Positions 8,942 through 19,063 of a DNA stretch of 62,454 nt are shown in pieces. The translations under genes were made by a program, and so were the position numbers. The stretch's first letter is position 1. Each line of letters opens with the position of its first letter. Location: positions 1-62,454 of the forward strand of contig JAJPHT010000042.1 of NCBI GenBank assembly GCA_021325135.1. Direction: 5' to 3'. The stretch comes from Pseudomonadota bacterium. GTDB lineage: Archaea > Thermoplasmatota > SW-10-69-26 > JACQPN01 > JAJPHT01. The notes under the pieces are model-generated. The model ran no database searches. It saw nothing but the letters and a program-made list of their open reading frames with translations, and had not been told where the DNA came from.

Positions 8942-9167
8942 CCTGCGGCCACCTCCGGCTTGAGGCCCGTGGCCGGCAACCCGCGGGGCTCTGCGCCTTC
9001 GGCGCAATCGGCAACGGCTCACCCGATCACGGCAACACCTTTCGACCAGGCGGCAACCCGGTCGACACCTTTCTCTCGTCGGGTGAGCAACCACTCCCCC
9101 AGCGACCGCGCCATTCCGGCTCGTGAACGAGAACAGCCAGGCGCGCCCACGGGGTTCCCAGCGCCGC
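8942..9167 (+). promoter_or_regulatory. Long structured, repeat-containing leader upstream of csbD-like gene
   Basis: Four CGGCAAC copies (8974, 9009, 9030, 9051), C(UUCG)G hairpin at 8992-9006, perfect 10-bp pair 9017-9026/9079-9088. Confidence 0.45.
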
Positions 9168-9467
9168 ATGGTTGACAACCAGTACGGAAGCAACCGCGAG
9201 GAGATCGGACGCCAGGGCGCCGCCTCCACCGGCTCGATGCACCGCAACGAGCCCGTGGGCCAGAAGATGAAGGAGGGCTGGCGCGAGTTCAAGGCCAAGA
9301 TCCGCCAGAAGTGGAGCCACCTCAACGACAAGGACATCGACACCTACCAGAACCGCAGCCGCAACGACTTCGTGGGCTACGTCCACGGCAAGGTGGGCGG
9401 CGACCGGAGCCTCGTGGAGCGCGACGTCGACACGTTCGCCCGCGACACGAACTACCGCTGGGACTGA
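9168..9467 (+). CDS. CsbD/YjbJ-like general stress protein
   Basis: EGWREFKAKIRQKWSHLNDKDID...RNDFVGYVHGKVG resembles the CsbD GxWxxxKGxxKxxWGxLTDDDL pattern. Strong codon bias. Confidence 0.7.
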   Translation: MVDNQYGSNREEIGRQGAASTGSMHRNEPVGQKMKEGWREFKAKIRQKWSHLNDKDIDTYQNRSRNDFVGYVHGKVGGDRSLVERDVDTFARDTNYRWD

Positions 9468-9597
9468 GCGCGCCCCCTTCGCGGGGCCTCCTGCCCGTCT
9501 CCGGCTCGACCCCGAGGCCCCCGGGCCCTTGGGGGAGGAAGGCGGAGGCGACCCTGCGGACGTCCTCCACGGGGACGGCGCCCCAGCGAGGGTCTCC

Positions 9598-9605
9598 TTT
9601 AAGTA
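9598..9605 (+). promoter_or_regulatory. Putative TATA box of rpl15e
   Basis: TTTAAGTA in very GC-rich context, ~125 nt upstream of the ATG. Confidence 0.55.
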
Positions 9606-9729
9606 GGGGGAGGCCTTCTGCCGCCTCACCTCACGGGCCCGGCGCCCAGGCTTGCGAAGCCCTGGCGTCGCGACCCGTCAGTCGGAGTTGTGGCCCCCCG
9701 CGGGCTGAATCCGGAAGCAGGTGACCACC

Positions 9730-10320
9730 ATGGCCAAGTCGTTCTACAGCTACATCGCGGACGCCTGGAAGACGTACCGCGACGCCGACCACTTCGACAT
9801 CCGCCAGCAGCGCCTCTACCAGTGGCGCCGCGAGCGCGTCTGCACGCGCGTTGAGCGCCCCACGCGCCTCGACCGCGCCCGCGCGCTGGGCTACAAGGCG
9901 AAGCAGGGCTACGTCGTCGTGCGCACGCGCGTGCGCCGCGGCAGCCTGCGCAAGACCCGCTTCAAGATGGGCGCCAAGCCCTCGGGCATGGGTGTCCGCA
10001 AGATCACCGCCTCGAAGTCCATCCAGCGCATCGCCGAGGAGCGCGTCCAGAAGCAGTACCCGAACATGGAGGTCCTCAACTCCTACTGGGTCGGCGAGGA
10101 CGGCCGCCACAAGTTCTACGAGATCATCCTCGTGGACCCGGCGCACCCCGTGATCAAGGCGGACCCGAAGATCTCGTGGATCGCCAACGCGGGCAACACG
10201 AACCGCGTCTTCCGCGGCAAGACCTCCGCCGGCCAGCGCGGCCGCGGCCTCCACCGCAAGGGCAAGGGCAGCGAGAAGACCCGCCCCTCGATCCGCGCCA
10301 AGGGCAACAAGCGCCAGTAG
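9730..10320 (+). CDS. rpl15e: 50S ribosomal protein eL15
   Basis: [23 protein letters not shown]...[22 protein letters not shown]. Confidence 0.97.
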   Translation: MAKSFYSYIADAWKTYRDADHFDIRQQRLYQWRRERVCTRVERPTRLDRARALGYKAKQGYVVVRTRVRRGSLRKTRFKMGAKPSGMGVRKITASKSIQRIAEERVQKQYPNMEVLNSYWVGEDGRHKFYEIILVDPAHPVIKADPKISWIANAGNTNRVFRGKTSAGQRGRGLHRKGKGSEKTRPSIRAKGNKRQ

Positions 10321-10329
10321 GCGCGCCCC

Positions 10330-10360
10330 GGGGCGCATGGAGCGCCCCTTTTTCTCTTTT
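10330..10360 (+). terminator. Hairpin + T-tract terminator after rpl15e
   Basis: GGGGCGC-ATGGA-GCGCCCC followed by TTTTTCTCTTTT. Confidence 0.7.
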
Positions 10361-10431
10361 CCCAGATTCTGTGCCGCAGCGGGAGCGCCGCCTCCGACAC
10401 GCCCAAACCCTCGCAGCGCGCATGCCCCCTC

Positions 10432-10902
10432 GTGGCCACGTTCCACTACCTGCACCTGCGGACCTTCGCCCACGCGACGGAGGACGCCGGGAAGGTGCGC
10501 GAGGCGCTGCGGCGCGCGGCGCAGGACGACGCGGGCAAGCTCGCGCTGGAGGAGACGCCCGTGGAGGGCGCCAACGGCAACCGCATCGTCATCGTGGAGG
10601 CGGAGCAGCGATCCTCGCCCGCGGCGAAGCGCCTGTTCGAGGCGCTCGCGCGCGACGACCCCGCGGGGTTCGCGCGCGTGGTCGCCGAGCAGCGGCGCCG
10701 CCTGGACGAGCACCTCAACTTCCACCTGCGCCTGGACAAGCAGGAGGCCTACGCGGGGCGCGTCGTGCTGGCGCCAGGCGAGGACGCCATCACCGTCCGC
10801 GGCAAGCTCCGTTCGTTCGAGCCGAAACGATCCGGCAACCCGGGCGCAGCGGAAGCCGACCTCGACGCGTTTCTCCAGGGGATCGCCAGGAGGGCGTCTT
10901 GA
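10432..10902 (+). CDS. DUF54 / COG1325 predicted RNA-binding protein
   Basis: FAHATED..KV..AL, EGANGNRI, FHLRLDKQEAY motifs. Commonly near rpl15e in archaea. Confidence 0.8.
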   Translation: MATFHYLHLRTFAHATEDAGKVREALRRAAQDDAGKLALEETPVEGANGNRIVIVEAEQRSSPAAKRLFEALARDDPAGFARVVAEQRRRLDEHLNFHLRLDKQEAYAGRVVLAPGEDAITVRGKLRSFEPKRSGNPGAAEADLDAFLQGIARRAS

Positions 10903-10969
10903 TGGAACAGTATGGCGACAACATTCAAGCTGAGCAGAACAATGGGCGCCCGTCGCGAGGTGTCGCGCC

Positions 10970-11203
10970 GTGGACATGATGGAAGCCCTCCGCGAGGCGG
11001 CCAAGAAGACCGAGGGCGCGGACCGCTTCGACGCGCGCCAGGCCTTCGGCAAGCGCGTGGGCAAGCACATGATCTTCCCCGTGGGCCTCGGAAGCGCCCT
11101 CGCCAAGGCCGTCCGCGAGGGTTACCTCGTCGTGATCGGCGAAGGCTCCCGCCGCCGCGGGCGCACCTACGAGTTCACGCAGAAGGGCAAGGCGCTGCTG
11201 TAG
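10970..11203 (+). CDS. Small winged-helix-like protein
   Basis: C-terminal LAKAVREGYLV...RTYEFTQKGKALL wing signature. GAGGTG SD upstream. Confidence 0.55.
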   Translation: MDMMEALREAAKKTEGADRFDARQAFGKRVGKHMIFPVGLGSALAKAVREGYLVVIGEGSRRRGRTYEFTQKGKALL

Positions 11204-11246
11204 CGTCCTCATAAGGTTCATCCCGCCCCGGGCCGTCCCCCGCTTC

Positions 11247-12008
11247 GTGCCCGGGCGCACCGTGATCGAGGTCCAGCCGCGCCGCCTCCTCGTGCGCGAG
11301 TACGACCGCGCCGGCCATCTTCTGGGCGTCCACCTCCAGCCCCAGAGCGTGGGCCCGGCCGCGCCCGCTCCGGGCCCCATGCCGCGCCCGCCCAGGGCGG
11401 GGAAGGCGAAGCGCGCCGCGACGCCGCCGCCCCCCGCGCCGGAGCCTGCGCCTGAGCCCACACCTGAGCCCGCGCCCGCGCCGCTCCCCTTGCTGGAGGT
11501 CGTCACCGAGCCCTTCGAGCCCGCGCCGCGCCGGCTGGAGGTCCTCCCCGCCCGCGCGCCCCGCGTCGCGCTGGCGCCCACGCTGGTGGAGCGCGCGCTG
11601 GAGGCCGCCGCGTGGCAGGAGGCGCCTCGCGAGGCGCCGCCGCCCGCGCCGCGCACGTTCGAGATCGTCTCCATCGAGCGCGTCGTCGTGGCGCCTCCGG
11701 TCCCCATCGCGATCCCCGAGCCGGAGCCCGCTCCGGAGGTCGAGCCCGTGCGCGTCGAGGTGCAGGGCCCCGAGCCGGAGCCGGCGGCGCCCGTGGCTGT
11801 CGAGATCGAGGTCACGCCCATCGAGGAGCCCGCTCCCGTCCTGCTGCGCGACCGCGTGCCCGACCTGGACGCGCGCGTCGACGCCCTGCTGCGCGAGCGC
11901 GAAGGCGCGCCCCGCCCGCGCAGGCGGCGCCCGCTGGACGTGCCGCGCTTCGACCCGCTGCGCCGCGAGCCGTGGGAAGACCGCCTGGACGCGGCGCTCT
12001 CGGGCTAG
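11247..12008 (+). CDS. Pro/Glu-rich low-complexity hypothetical protein
   Basis: Coherent ORF with GC3 bias filling the gap between neighbours. Confidence 0.5.
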   Translation: MPGRTVIEVQPRRLLVREYDRAGHLLGVHLQPQSVGPAAPAPGPMPRPPRAGKAKRAATPPPPAPEPAPEPTPEPAPAPLPLLEVVTEPFEPAPRRLEVLPARAPRVALAPTLVERALEAAAWQEAPREAPPPAPRTFEIVSIERVVVAPPVPIAIPEPEPAPEVEPVRVEVQGPEPEPAAPVAVEIEVTPIEEPAPVLLRDRVPDLDARVDALLREREGAPRPRRRRPLDVPRFDPLRREPWEDRLDAALSG

Positions 12009-12043
12009 AAGGCTCAAGCGCAGGGGGCGCCCATGCCCCCGCC

Positions 12044-12892
12044 ATGGCCACGCACGCGCCGGAAGGCACGATCCGCCTCGGTGATATCACGGTCCGCCGC
12101 ATGGGCTTCGGCGCCATGCGCATCACGGGCCCCGGCGTCTGGGGACCTCCGGCGGACCGCGCGGGCGCGCTGGCGGTGCTGCGGCGCGCGGTGGAGCTTG
12201 GCGTCAACCTCGTCGACACCGCGGACGCCTACGGCCCCAACGTCAGCGAGGAGCTGATCCACGAGGCGCTCTCGCCCTACCCTCCGGGCCTGGTCGTCGC
12301 GACCAAGGGGGGCCTCCTGCGCGGCGGGCCCGGCCAGTGGAGCCCCGACGGGCGGCCCGAGCACCTGCGCCGCGCGTGCGAGGCGAGCCTGAAGCGGCTG
12401 GGCGTCGCGCGCATCGACCTCTACCAGCTCCACCGCCCCGACCCGCAGGCGCCCTTCCGCGAGAGCGTGCGCGAGATCGCGCGCCTGCGCGAGGAGGGCA
12501 AGGTGCGCCACGTGGGGCTCTGCAACGTCACCGTGGCGCAGCTTGAGGAGGCGCGGGGCATCGTGCCCATCGTGAGCGTGCAGAACCGCTACAACCTGGA
12601 GGACCGCCACAGCGAGGACGTGCTGGAGGCGTGCGAGCGCCTCGGCATCGCGTTCCTGCCGTGGTTCCCGCTGGCGACGGGGCGCCTTGCGCTCGCGGGC
12701 GGGCCGCTGGCGAAAATCGCGCACGCGCACGGTGCCACGCCCGCGCAGGTCGCGCTCGCGTGGCTGCTCATGCGCTCGCCCGTCATGCTCCCGATCCCGG
12801 GCACGTCCAGCGTCGCGCACCTGGAGGAGAACGTGGCCGCGGCCGCGCTCAGGCTCTCGCAGGCCGAGTTCGATCAGCTCGACGGCGCGTGA
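12044..12892 (+). CDS. Aldo/keto reductase
   Basis: [33 protein letters not shown] motifs. Confidence 0.92.
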   Translation: MATHAPEGTIRLGDITVRRMGFGAMRITGPGVWGPPADRAGALAVLRRAVELGVNLVDTADAYGPNVSEELIHEALSPYPPGLVVATKGGLLRGGPGQWSPDGRPEHLRRACEASLKRLGVARIDLYQLHRPDPQAPFRESVREIARLREEGKVRHVGLCNVTVAQLEEARGIVPIVSVQNRYNLEDRHSEDVLEACERLGIAFLPWFPLATGRLALAGGPLAKIAHAHGATPAQVALAWLLMRSPVMLPIPGTSSVAHLEENVAAAALRLSQAEFDQLDGA

Positions 12893-14268
12893 GGCGCCAG
12901 CGCGACCACCGTCATGGGCACGACCAGCGCGGGCGCGACGTTGCCCGCGTCGTCCACCGCGGTCACGGTGAGCGTGCGGTACTGGACGCCCACGCCCGCG
13001 GGCGCGTAGGTGAAGCCGAAGGGCGCCGCGGTCTGCGTGACCGAGGTGCCATCGTCCACGGTGAACGTGACGCTGGCGACGTGGCCGCAGAGGTCCTCCG
13101 CGTCCACCGAGACGTCCACGGAGCCGAGCACGACGACGTCGCGGCCCGCGGGCGCGGACGCGGAACCTGCGTAGAGGCCCGCGGCGGAGGGGACCAGGTG
13201 GGAGAGCGCGGGCGGGGAGCCGTCGACGACCGTGACCGTCGTCGCGGCGGAGGACGAGAGCTCGCCGTCGCCCACGGTGAGCGTCGCGGCGTGGACGCCC
13301 ACGGGGAACGCCGCGGTGGCGACCGCCTGGTCCGCGCCCGAGAGGCTCGTCGCGTCGGGCGCGCTCCACGAGTAGGCGAGCGCGTCGCCGTTGGGGTCGC
13401 TGGAGCCGCGGCCGTCCAGCGTGACGCTCGTCGCGCGGCCCGAGCACGCGACGGTCTGCGCGGGGCCCGCGTCCGCGACGGGCGGGAGGTTGGGGTGCTG
13501 GTAGGGGAGCGTGGAGACGTCCGCGACCTCCGCGTTGGTGAGGGCGCGGTTGTAGAGCCGCACCTCGTCCAGCGCGCCCTGGAACGCGCCCGAGCTGAAG
13601 CAGCAGAACGCGGCGGCGCCCACGTAGGCGTTGCCCAAGGGCGAGGCCGTGTAGATGGTGGGGTAGCGCGTCGTCGTGGCGACCGTCTGGCCGTTGACGA
13701 GGAGCGAGACGCGGTCGCCCGTGCCCACGAAGGCGACGTGCGTCCACGCGTCGTTGGGGATGCCCACGCCGAAGCTCACGCCGCGGCCGCCGCCGTCGCC
13801 GCCCACGTAGGAGAGGACGGGCTGCCCGCAGTTGAGGTAGACCTCGAAGGGCACGACGCCATTCTGGTCCTGCATCGTGAAGACGGGGTAGCTGCCGCAG
13901 AAGGGGTGCGGCTTCAGCCACGCCATGAAGGTGAAGTCGCCGCTGAGCGCCGCGAGGGGCGCGGGCGCGTCGATGCGCGCGTAGTTGGCGCCCGCCACCT
14001 CCAGCGCGGAGCCGAAGCCGTTGGGGCCGGCGATGAGCGACTCGTGGCCCAGGAGCGTCTGCCCCAGCGCGAGGGGGCCCTGGTCCGCGAGGCTGCCGGG
14101 GAACGCGGCGTCGAAGTCGCCCGCGTCAAACTGGTCGACGAGAAGCTCGCCGCCCACGAGGCGGGCGGGGTCGGCCGGGTTCGCGCTGGGCGTGCCGCCG
14201 GCCGCGACGGGCGAGGGGAGCGCGAGAAGGGGCACGAGGAGGAGCAGCGCGACGAGACGGCGGGCCAT
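12874..14268 (-). CDS. Secreted LamG/ConA + PKD + Ig-like domain protein
   Basis: Signal peptide; [26 protein letters not shown] (LamG); [21 protein letters not shown] (PKD). Confidence 0.8.
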   Translation of the reverse strand: MARRLVALLLLVPLLALPSPVAAGGTPSANPADPARLVGGELLVDQFDAGDFDAAFPGSLADQGPLALGQTLLGHESLIAGPNGFGSALEVAGANYARIDAPAPLAALSGDFTFMAWLKPHPFCGSYPVFTMQDQNGVVPFEVYLNCGQPVLSYVGGDGGGRGVSFGVGIPNDAWTHVAFVGTGDRVSLLVNGQTVATTTRYPTIYTASPLGNAYVGAAAFCCFSSGAFQGALDEVRLYNRALTNAEVADVSTLPYQHPNLPPVADAGPAQTVACSGRATSVTLDGRGSSDPNGDALAYSWSAPDATSLSGADQAVATAAFPVGVHAATLTVGDGELSSSAATTVTVVDGSPPALSHLVPSAAGLYAGSASAPAGRDVVVLGSVDVSVDAEDLCGHVASVTFTVDDGTSVTQTAAPFGFTYAPAGVGVQYRTLTVTAVDDAGNVAPALVVPMTVVALAPHAPSS

Positions 14269-14319
14269 GGTTCCCGATGGCGAGAGCCGGCGAGGGCACT
14301 TGAGCCTGTTCCGGCGACC

Positions 14320-15675
14320 CTAGCTGGATGACTCGACGGAGACAACGCTGAACGCGCTGGGGTGCTGCCACGCGGTGCTCGCGAAGACGAGGTCCGCCTC
14401 GCCCTTGGGCCCGAAGGTGATCCACGGGTAGTCCAGCAGGCGGCGGTCCTCGCCGGCTCCGCACGCGGGGCCCTTGGCGCAGACGTTGCCGCTGTGCAGC
14501 GCGGGCGCGACAACGAGCGGCGCCCCCACCTGCGGCGCGCCCTCCGCGGGCACGGTGAGGTCGGCGTACACCCCGTCCCACGAGGCGTTGATCTTGGAGG
14601 CGCGTCCGGGCAGGCTCGCCTGGTACCACATGAGGCCCAGCGTTCCGTTGCCGCGCGCGGCCATCCACGGCATGGCCTGGGCGCCGGAGAGGCCCGTGGC
14701 GAGCGTGCTGAGCGTCCACGTCTTGCCGTGGTCGCGGGAGACCGCCAGGTGAAGCTGCGAGGTGCCGTTGGTCTCCTGGCTCCACGCGGCGTAGAGGTTG
14801 CCCTGCGCGTCCAGCGCGGTGGTGGGGAGCGCGGCGGCCAATTCGCTGGTGAGGTCGAACGCCTCGCGGCGCTGCCACGTGCTACCGCCGTCCTCGCTCA
14901 GGATCAGGTACCAGTGGCCCTTCTCGTAGGTGGGCGCGTCGCGGGGGCTCTGCTTCTCCTCGTAGCGGAGCACGGCGAGGAACTTCCCATCGGCGCTCGC
15001 GACCATGTTGCCCTGCCCGGCGAAGTTGACGTTGGGGTCGATCTGCACGGGGACGGTCCACGTCATCCCCTTGTCGTCGCTCCGGGTGTACCACATGCCC
15101 TCGTTGGGCGAGGTGGGGAAGCCCTGCGGCGGCTTCTGCCCCGCGACGTAGGGGAGGTACCACGGCGGGAGCGCCTCCATGGCGAGGTGGAGCGTGCTGG
15201 CGCCCACGGGGAGGAGCCAGTGGCGGTGCATGATGGCGGGGACGTGGGGGACCGGGAGCGGCGTCCAGGTGTCCCCCTTGTCCGTGCTGGCGTACATCTG
15301 GAGCGTGAGCGAGAAGACATTGGAGGCGTACACGGTGCCGCCGTTGCCGGTGGCCAGGAAGCCGTCGTTGCTGCGCGCCTCGCCCAGCGCGGCGGGCGTC
15401 ACGTCGGTCCACGTCTTGCCGTGGTCCGCCGAGCGGAACACCTTGTTGACGTTCTGCGTGCCGTCGCTGCCCACGCCCTCCACGAAGAGCGTGCCGTCGG
15501 GGAGCGAGGCGATGACGGGCTCGGCGCCGGGCGCGTCCTTGGAGACGGCCACGGCGGGGGCGAAGCGCGCGGCGGCGTCCGCTCCCTGCGGGGCGGTCTG
15601 GGTCCCGGTGGGGAGCGACGCGCATCCCGCCAGCAGGGCCGCGAGCGCGATGGCCGCGAGGAGCCTCCCGTGCAT
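14320..15675 (-). CDS. Lipoprotein with BNR/Asp-box repeats (sialidase-like beta-propeller)
   Basis: Lipobox LAGC; repeated SxDxGxTW motifs (SADHGKTW, STDKGDTW, SDDKGMTW, SEDGGSTW, SRDHGKTW). Confidence 0.8.
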   Translation of the reverse strand: MHGRLLAAIALAALLAGCASLPTGTQTAPQGADAAARFAPAVAVSKDAPGAEPVIASLPDGTLFVEGVGSDGTQNVNKVFRSADHGKTWTDVTPAALGEARSNDGFLATGNGGTVYASNVFSLTLQMYASTDKGDTWTPLPVPHVPAIMHRHWLLPVGASTLHLAMEALPPWYLPYVAGQKPPQGFPTSPNEGMWYTRSDDKGMTWTVPVQIDPNVNFAGQGNMVASADGKFLAVLRYEEKQSPRDAPTYEKGHWYLILSEDGGSTWQRREAFDLTSELAAALPTTALDAQGNLYAAWSQETNGTSQLHLAVSRDHGKTWTLSTLATGLSGAQAMPWMAARGNGTLGLMWYQASLPGRASKINASWDGVYADLTVPAEGAPQVGAPLVVAPALHSGNVCAKGPACGAGEDRRLLDYPWITFGPKGEADLVFASTAWQHPSAFSVVSVESSS

Positions 15676-15700
15676 GCAGGGGGAGACGAATAACCCGGCT

Positions 15701-16087
15701 TCAGGGTTCGCCCGGCGCAGCCGGGGGCCTTTCGCGGCGCGCGGCGAGCCCCCACGCCAGGACCAGGGCGATCTCGGGGATGGCGTCCAGGAGGTACACC
15801 GCGCCCACGTCCCGCGTGCTGACGAACACCACGTCCACGATGGAGAAGGCCAGCGCGCTGGAGGAGCCCAGGAGCGCGACCTCCGGGGTGACGGCGCGGC
15901 GCTGCGCGGCCACGAGGAGCACGCCGCCGATCACCAGCACGAGGGCGCCCACGGTGCGGACGAGCCAGAGGTCGTGCTTGGGGCCCGTCACGGCCTGGAA
16001 CGTGCCGATGCTCAGGAGGGGCCAGAGTCCCGTCGCCGCGTAGTAGGCGCCCTGGACCCAGGCCAGGAGGCGCGCGTAGCGTCGCAT
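15701..16087 (-). CDS. Small 4-TM membrane protein
   Basis: QGAYYAATGLWP..FQAVTGPK.D.WLV, hydrophobic helices. Confidence 0.65.
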   Translation of the reverse strand: MRRYARLLAWVQGAYYAATGLWPLLSIGTFQAVTGPKHDLWLVRTVGALVLVIGGVLLVAAQRRAVTPEVALLGSSSALAFSIVDVVFVSTRDVGAVYLLDAIPEIALVLAWGLAARRERPPAAPGEP

Positions 16088-16112
16088 CGCGCCGGCAGCG
16101 CCCTTCCCACGC

Positions 16113-16652
16113 TTAGGCCTTCAGCCGCTTCTCCCACGCCTTGCGGAACTTGGCCACCTTGGGCGCGATCACGACGCGGCAGTAGCCCTGCGACGGGTTG
16201 CGCCGGTAGTAGCCCTGGTGATGGCTTTCCGCGGGGTAGAACTCCTTGAGCGGCGCGATCTCGGTCACGACCTTCTCGCCCCACGCCTCGCGGGCGAAGG
16301 TGCGCATGACCTCCTCGGCCGTGGCCTTCTGCGCGGGGCCCGCGTAGAGGATCGTGGAGCGGTACTGCGTCCCCTCGTCGTTGCCCTGACGGTTGGGCGT
16401 CGTGGGGTCGTGGATGGTGAAGAACACCTCCAGGAGGTCGCGATAGGAGATCACCGAGGGGTCGAACGTGACCTGCACGACCTCCGCGTGCCCCGTGCCC
16501 TCGCCGCACACCTGGTCGTAGGTGGGGTTGGGCACGAAGCCGCCCGCGTAGCCGCTCACGACCTTCTCCACGCCCTGGAGCTGCTCGAACACCGCCTCCA
16601 GGCACCAGAAGCAGCCCCCGCCAAGGACCGCCGTCTCTCGCGTCGCGCTCAT
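16113..16652 (-). CDS. msrA: Peptide methionine sulfoxide reductase A
   Basis: GGCFWC, GHAEVV, HDPT, QYRS, AESHHQGY. Confidence 0.95.
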   Translation of the reverse strand: MSATRETAVLGGGCFWCLEAVFEQLQGVEKVVSGYAGGFVPNPTYDQVCGEGTGHAEVVQVTFDPSVISYRDLLEVFFTIHDPTTPNRQGNDEGTQYRSTILYAGPAQKATAEEVMRTFAREAWGEKVVTEIAPLKEFYPAESHHQGYYRRNPSQGYCRVVIAPKVAKFRKAWEKRLKA

Positions 16653-16759
16653 GGCATTCCCAGGGGCGTCCCGAGCATGAAGGATTGTCCCAGATTCGGC
16701 CCGTCTCGCGGGGCCGCAGGGCAGAAGCGCGGGGCCAGCCATGCCAGGGCGTGACCGGG

Positions 16760-17422
16760 ATGGCTGCGGGAACGGACGAGACGATCCAGCTGGACGGGCG
16801 CCGAGCCGCGGACATCGCCAAGGGGCTGCGCGCGCACGGGCTTCTCGCCTCGCGCAGCGACGAGGACGTCCAGGCCGCGTTCGCCTCCGAGTGGCCTGAC
16901 GGCGTCGAGGCGACCCCGTGGTCGGCCGAGCTGCTCGTCGCCGCGATGGACGTGGAGCGCGTCCTCCACCGCGACGCCGAATGCGACCCGTTCCCGCGGA
17001 ACCGGGCGTACGTGGCCTGGGTGGAGGCGTTCGCGGACATCTCGCGCGGCGCCCTCGAGGTGACGCGCGTGGAGGAGCGCTGGCTCGCCGATCCCAGCGA
17101 CGATCCGACGCATCACCCCGTGGAGATCCTCGTGGAGACGCCCCGGGGGCGAGCGGTCTTCCGCCCGTTCCAGGCCGGCGACTACGTGCACCCGGACGAG
17201 ATCGCGGCCGCGCTCAACACCCTCATGCCCCTCGAAGGCCCCCGCTTCTGGCTCGCGCCCACTGGCGGGCAGGACGCCTTGGCCATCGCGCTCACCGGTC
17301 CCGAGAAGGGGAGGCTGGAGTCGGAGCGCGGCTGGAGGTTCCACGACCCGGTGGCCGCCCCCATGGTGGACGAGCCGGGCGGGATCCTTCGGCGGCTGCG
17401 CCGGGCCTTCGGCCGCAAGTGA
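16760..17422 (+). CDS. Hypothetical protein
   Basis: Coherent acidic globular-looking ORF; no family recognised. Confidence 0.55.
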   Translation: MAAGTDETIQLDGRRAADIAKGLRAHGLLASRSDEDVQAAFASEWPDGVEATPWSAELLVAAMDVERVLHRDAECDPFPRNRAYVAWVEAFADISRGALEVTRVEERWLADPSDDPTHHPVEILVETPRGRAVFRPFQAGDYVHPDEIAAALNTLMPLEGPRFWLAPTGGQDALAIALTGPEKGRLESERGWRFHDPVAAPMVDEPGGILRRLRRAFGRK

Positions 17423-17438
17423 TTCACGCCCCGGCGCG

Positions 17439-18239
17439 ATGGAGGACCCGATGCCCCCCACCCCCCTGCGCCTGGGTCTCGGGACGAACCGCCTCGGCAC
17501 CCTGGACGCGCCGGCCGCGCGCGCCCTTCTCTCGCGCGCCGCCGCGCTGGGCATGCAGATGGTCGACACGGCGGACGTGTACGGCGACGGCCTCAGCGAG
17601 ACGCGCATCGGCGAGGCCGCGCCGCCGGGGCTCGCGATCGCGACCAAGGGCGGCATGGTGCGCACGCCCGAGGGCGCGGGGGCGGACGGGCGGCCGGAGC
17701 ACCTGCGCGCCGCGCTGAGGGCGAGCCTCGCGCGCCTGCGCCGCGAGCGCGTCGACCTCTACTACCTCCACCGCCCCGACCCCAAGGTGCCCATCGAGGA
17801 GTCGGCGCGCGCCCTGGCGGAGATGCGTGATGAGGGGCTCGCGGGGCGCGTCGGCCTCTGCAACGTGGACGCGGAGCAGCTCGACCGCGCGCTCAAGGTG
17901 GCGCCCATCGCGGCCGTGCAGAATCGATATCACCTGGGGGACCGCGCGTCGGAGGCCGTGCTGGAGGCGTGCGAGCGGCGCGGCATCGCCTTCGTGCCTT
18001 GGTACCCCCTGGGCAAGGGCACGCCGCTCCTGGCGCCCGGAGGTGTCGTGGCCGAGGTGGCGTCGCGCGTGGGCGCGACACCCGCGCAGGTCGCGCTCGC
18101 GTGGCTGCTCCACCGCTCGCCCGCGATGCTGCCCATCCCGGGCACGACCAGCGTCGCGCACCTGGAGGAGAACGCCGCCGCGGCGTCGCTCACGCTCTCC
18201 CCCGAGGACCTTGCCCGCCTGTCCGCGCTGCGCGGCTGA
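17439..18239 (+). CDS. Aldo/keto reductase (paralog of 12044..12892)
   Basis: DTADVYG, ATKGG, DLYYLHRPD, PIPGTTS. Confidence 0.9.
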   Translation: MEDPMPPTPLRLGLGTNRLGTLDAPAARALLSRAAALGMQMVDTADVYGDGLSETRIGEAAPPGLAIATKGGMVRTPEGAGADGRPEHLRAALRASLARLRRERVDLYYLHRPDPKVPIEESARALAEMRDEGLAGRVGLCNVDAEQLDRALKVAPIAAVQNRYHLGDRASEAVLEACERRGIAFVPWYPLGKGTPLLAPGGVVAEVASRVGATPAQVALAWLLHRSPAMLPIPGTTSVAHLEENAAAASLTLSPEDLARLSALRG

Positions 18240-18292
18240 AGGGGAGGGCGTTCTCCGTCAAGCGTATCGGTGGGCGGCGCCCAGGAGGGGCC

Positions 18293-18433
18293 ATGACCTG
18301 GACCAAGGACCGCGGCCTCGCGCCGGGCGAGCTGGAGTTCCACCTGCCAAGCGATCCCGAGGCGCGCCGCCACGACGACGCGTGGCTGCGCGAGCGCGCC
18401 AGCCGGCTCGCGAAGCGGCACGCAAGGACGTAG
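18293..18433 (+). CDS. 46-aa hypothetical protein
   Basis: AGGAGG SD then ATG; MTWTKDRGLAPGELEFHLPSDPEARRHDDAWLRERASRLAKRHART. Confidence 0.45.
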   Translation: MTWTKDRGLAPGELEFHLPSDPEARRHDDAWLRERASRLAKRHART

Positions 18434-18474
18434 GGCAGAAGCCCTCATGCCTCCCGCGCGGAGTCCCGCCCACG

Positions 18475-19059
18475 ATGCGCTCCTTCGCGCTCCTGCTGGC
18501 GGCCCTCCTCACAGGGTGCGCGACGGCGCCCGCGCCCGAGGCCCCGCCCCTCGCGGCGCCCCACGGCGCGGCGCTCCGCGTGACGAGCCCTGCCTTCGCG
18601 GACCACGGGACGATCCCCGCCGCGAACACCTGCGACGGCGCGGGCGCCTCGCCCCCGCTCACCGTGGAGGGCGTGCCGGCGGGCGCCACGGTCGCGCTCC
18701 TCGTGGGCGACCCCGACGCGCCGCTGCCGCAGGCGCCGCAGCAGAACTTCACGCACTGGATCGCGTGGAACGCGCCCGCCACCGATGGGAACGCCACGTT
18801 CCCCGAAGGGCATGCGGCGTCCGGCGCGGTGGAAGGGCAGAACGGTGGCGGCAAGACGGGGTGGACCCCGCCCTGCCCGCCCCAGGGCTCCACGCCGCAC
18901 CGCTACGTCTTCACCGCCTTGGCGGTGAACGGCACGCTGGACCTGGCGGCGGGCGCGACGCGGGCGCAGCTGGAGGCCGCGCTCGCGGGGCGCGTCCTCG
19001 CCTCGGGCTCGCTCACGGGGTGCTACATGCGCGTCGCGCAGGCGCCGCTGCCCTGCTAG
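18475..19059 (+). CDS. YbhB/YbcL (PEBP/Raf-kinase-inhibitor-like) lipoprotein
   Basis: Lipobox LTGC; SPAF, DPDAP, FTHW, PPCPP, HRYVF. Confidence 0.88.
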   Translation: MRSFALLLAALLTGCATAPAPEAPPLAAPHGAALRVTSPAFADHGTIPAANTCDGAGASPPLTVEGVPAGATVALLVGDPDAPLPQAPQQNFTHWIAWNAPATDGNATFPEGHAASGAVEGQNGGGKTGWTPPCPPQGSTPHRYVFTALAVNGTLDLAAGATRAQLEAALAGRVLASGSLTGCYMRVAQAPLPC

Positions 19060-19063
19060 CGCT

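Noticed and set aside
8942-9167. Glycine riboswitch, SRP RNA or RNase P RNA
   Set aside because: The minus strand has GCGCCGAAGG but lacks the properly placed GGAGA and CTCTCAGG elements. No SRP helix-8 or RNase P GAGGAAAGUCC signature was found.
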